From positions 1,178,001-1,242,000 of the forward strand of contig JBLDXI010000025.1 in the NCBI GenBank assembly GCA_047495785.1: a stretch of DNA of 64,000 nucleotides. The letters are read 5' to 3'. A program made the position numbers and the translations under genes. The notes under the pieces were generated by a model. The model worked only from the letters and a program-made list of their open reading frames with translations, was not told the origin of the DNA and did not search any database. This stretch comes from Lepidodermella squamata. Taxonomy: Eukaryota; Animalia; Gastrotricha. How positions within the stretch are numbered: position 1 is the stretch's first letter; the number at the start of each line of letters is the position of its first letter. Positions 62,684 through 64,000 of this stretch are shown here, one piece after another.

Positions 62684-63104
62684 ATAAGACATTTGCGTGA
62701 TCAGTGATTGTTTAACCGTATGTAATATTTGTGTTTACTCCCGAAATATCTCAATAATATTATATTGAGCGCAGTTTTTCAGATGCGTGACGTCAGCAAT
62801 CAGCCATGCAACAAGCGACATACGATATTTTTCTAAGATATGGGTTCGAATGATGGGCTCAAAATTCATATAAAAAGCATTAGCGACTAATTTGGACTCT
62901 TTCGGAAATTTTGGCGTTAGCTTGCATCTCATATTTTCGGATCGCGCACGTCATAGATGCGAAAAAGGGAAATGGCACGTTATTGATAATTAGTGAACAA
63001 ATATAGCCACCGGGCTAATTCGAGTAACGGAATACGCTTGGAACTATATAAGCACGTTAAGGATTGATTATTCGTGTAAGAAAATTCCTGTAATCAAAAA
63101 GTAA

Positions 63105-64000
63105 ATGAAAAATCCGTGCGCCATGATAATTTTCATTCTTTGGGCAGTTATCCATTCCACCAATGCGGCCATTCAAAAGCCGTATCGACTGAATCTGCCG
63201 CAAATTTTCCTCCTTTCCGCCGCTACGCCTGATTACGGAACTTCCTGTAAAGCTTCGTCTGAGATGGTCGTAGATATGTACAACAACCGAAGCGACTTAC
63301 TCCCGGACTACCATGTCGTCTCGAAGTTTACCGATGAACAGCAAGGAACACTGACGGCTCGTCGAGTTGCGGAATACATTCGTTCTTTGGAGGAAACCGA
63401 AGAAGGTAACTACAACTCACCTCTAATCCTTGGCGGGGCTTACTCCGGCGGCATAACTCGAGCTGTTCCGATGCTGAAACCAATGAATTTGATCGAACTG
63501 TGTTTCACATGCAGCGCTCCTTACCTGGCTGATCACTCGAAATACCCAAACTTGTGGCTGATGTTCGCTGGTGCAGACGTAATGGCTATGTCGATGGTTA
63601 AATTCACTGGGCAGGTCGGTAAATGGAAGCGGCTAGGAATCCTTACAACCCCGACTAATCCTTACGACTACGTAACAGCTTTTTGGATCCAGAAAATCGC
63701 ACTGGAAAGCAAAATCGAAGTCCCTGTCTATAACATTCGGCTAGACTTCGGGGACGATGCAGTCAAGTCGTTACTCGATCAGGACGTAAGGATTGCGGTG
63801 ATTCTCACCACTGATATCGACGCAGCTTGGCAATTCTTCTGCGCAGCTCATCGACTTGGAATGACAGGGGACAAGTACGTCTTCATGTTCGATCTAACAA
63901 TCTTCGTAGAGCCATCCCTAGTCCCAGAACAAGTTTTACCCGGTTGCCCACGTCAGTTCATCCTGGATCAATATGCGATATCATTCTGGGTTCTGCCAGC
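63105..64000 (+). CDS. GABA-B-receptor-like class C GPCR, Venus-flytrap domain (5' part; runs off the window)
   Basis: Open frame from the ATG at 63105 to the window end (absent from the ORF track). Signal peptide, then MYNNRSDLLPDY, LILGGAYS, SAPYLADHSKYPNL, WKRLGIL, VKSLLDQDVRI and FCAAHRLGMTGDKYVF. Confidence 0.78.
   Translation, partial: MKNPCAMIIFILWAVIHSTNAAIQKPYRLNLPQIFLLSAATPDYGTSCKASSEMVVDMYNNRSDLLPDYHVVSKFTDEQQGTLTARRVAEYIRSLEETEEGNYNSPLILGGAYSGGITRAVPMLKPMNLIELCFTCSAPYLADHSKYPNLWLMFAGADVMAMSMVKFTGQVGKWKRLGILTTPTNPYDYVTAFWIQKIALESKIEVPVYNIRLDFGDDAVKSLLDQDVRIAVILTTDIDAAWQFFCAAHRLGMTGDKYVFMFDLTIFVEPSLVPEQVLPGCPRQFILDQYAISFWVLP

Noticed and set aside
1-64000. Prokaryotic systems (CRISPR arrays, defence islands, rRNA/tRNA operons)
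   Set aside because: The sequence is intron-containing metazoan DNA; no repeat-spacer array, tRNA or rRNA was seen.

Overview
Eukaryotic DNA from a compact invertebrate (metazoan) genome: spliceosomal GT-AG introns, many about 50 nt and others kb-sized and AT-rich, with the standard genetic code. The species cannot be identified from sequence alone. Hand-spliced gene order: ILF2/NF45 (-), Munc18/STXBP1 (-), SREK1/SRSF11-like SR protein (-), GPN3 (-), NSE4-like kleisin (-), ARPC3 (+), SEPT2-group septin (+), TTC19 (-), METTL24-like (-), a 133-aa orphan ending in a CaaX motif (-), two tandem divergent B-type cyclins (+), INPP5E (-), a 19-kb SynGAP/DAB2IP-type RasGAP (+), an LRRC74-like protein (-) and the start of a GABA-B-like class C GPCR (+, truncated by the window end). 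Introns and spacers hold DNA-transposon and LTR debris: a hAT-Buster element with TIRs and an 8-bp TSD, a piggyBac-type MITE with TTAA, and MULE, PIF/Harbinger and copia remnants. Main observations: (1) repeated operon-like, head-to-tail clusters of unrelated genes 88-290 nt apart, with unpaired splice acceptors just before the ATG (the two tightest gaps also carry AATAAA), suggesting SL trans-splicing and polycistronic transcription; (2) a 151-nt SNORD46/snR63-like box C/D snoRNA present twice (150/151 identical) in introns of two adjacent unrelated genes, at the same distance from the 3' splice site; (3) a cluster of CUT-type ATCGAT and homeodomain motifs in a Munc18 intron; (4) exon GC content that tracks flanking-intron size.
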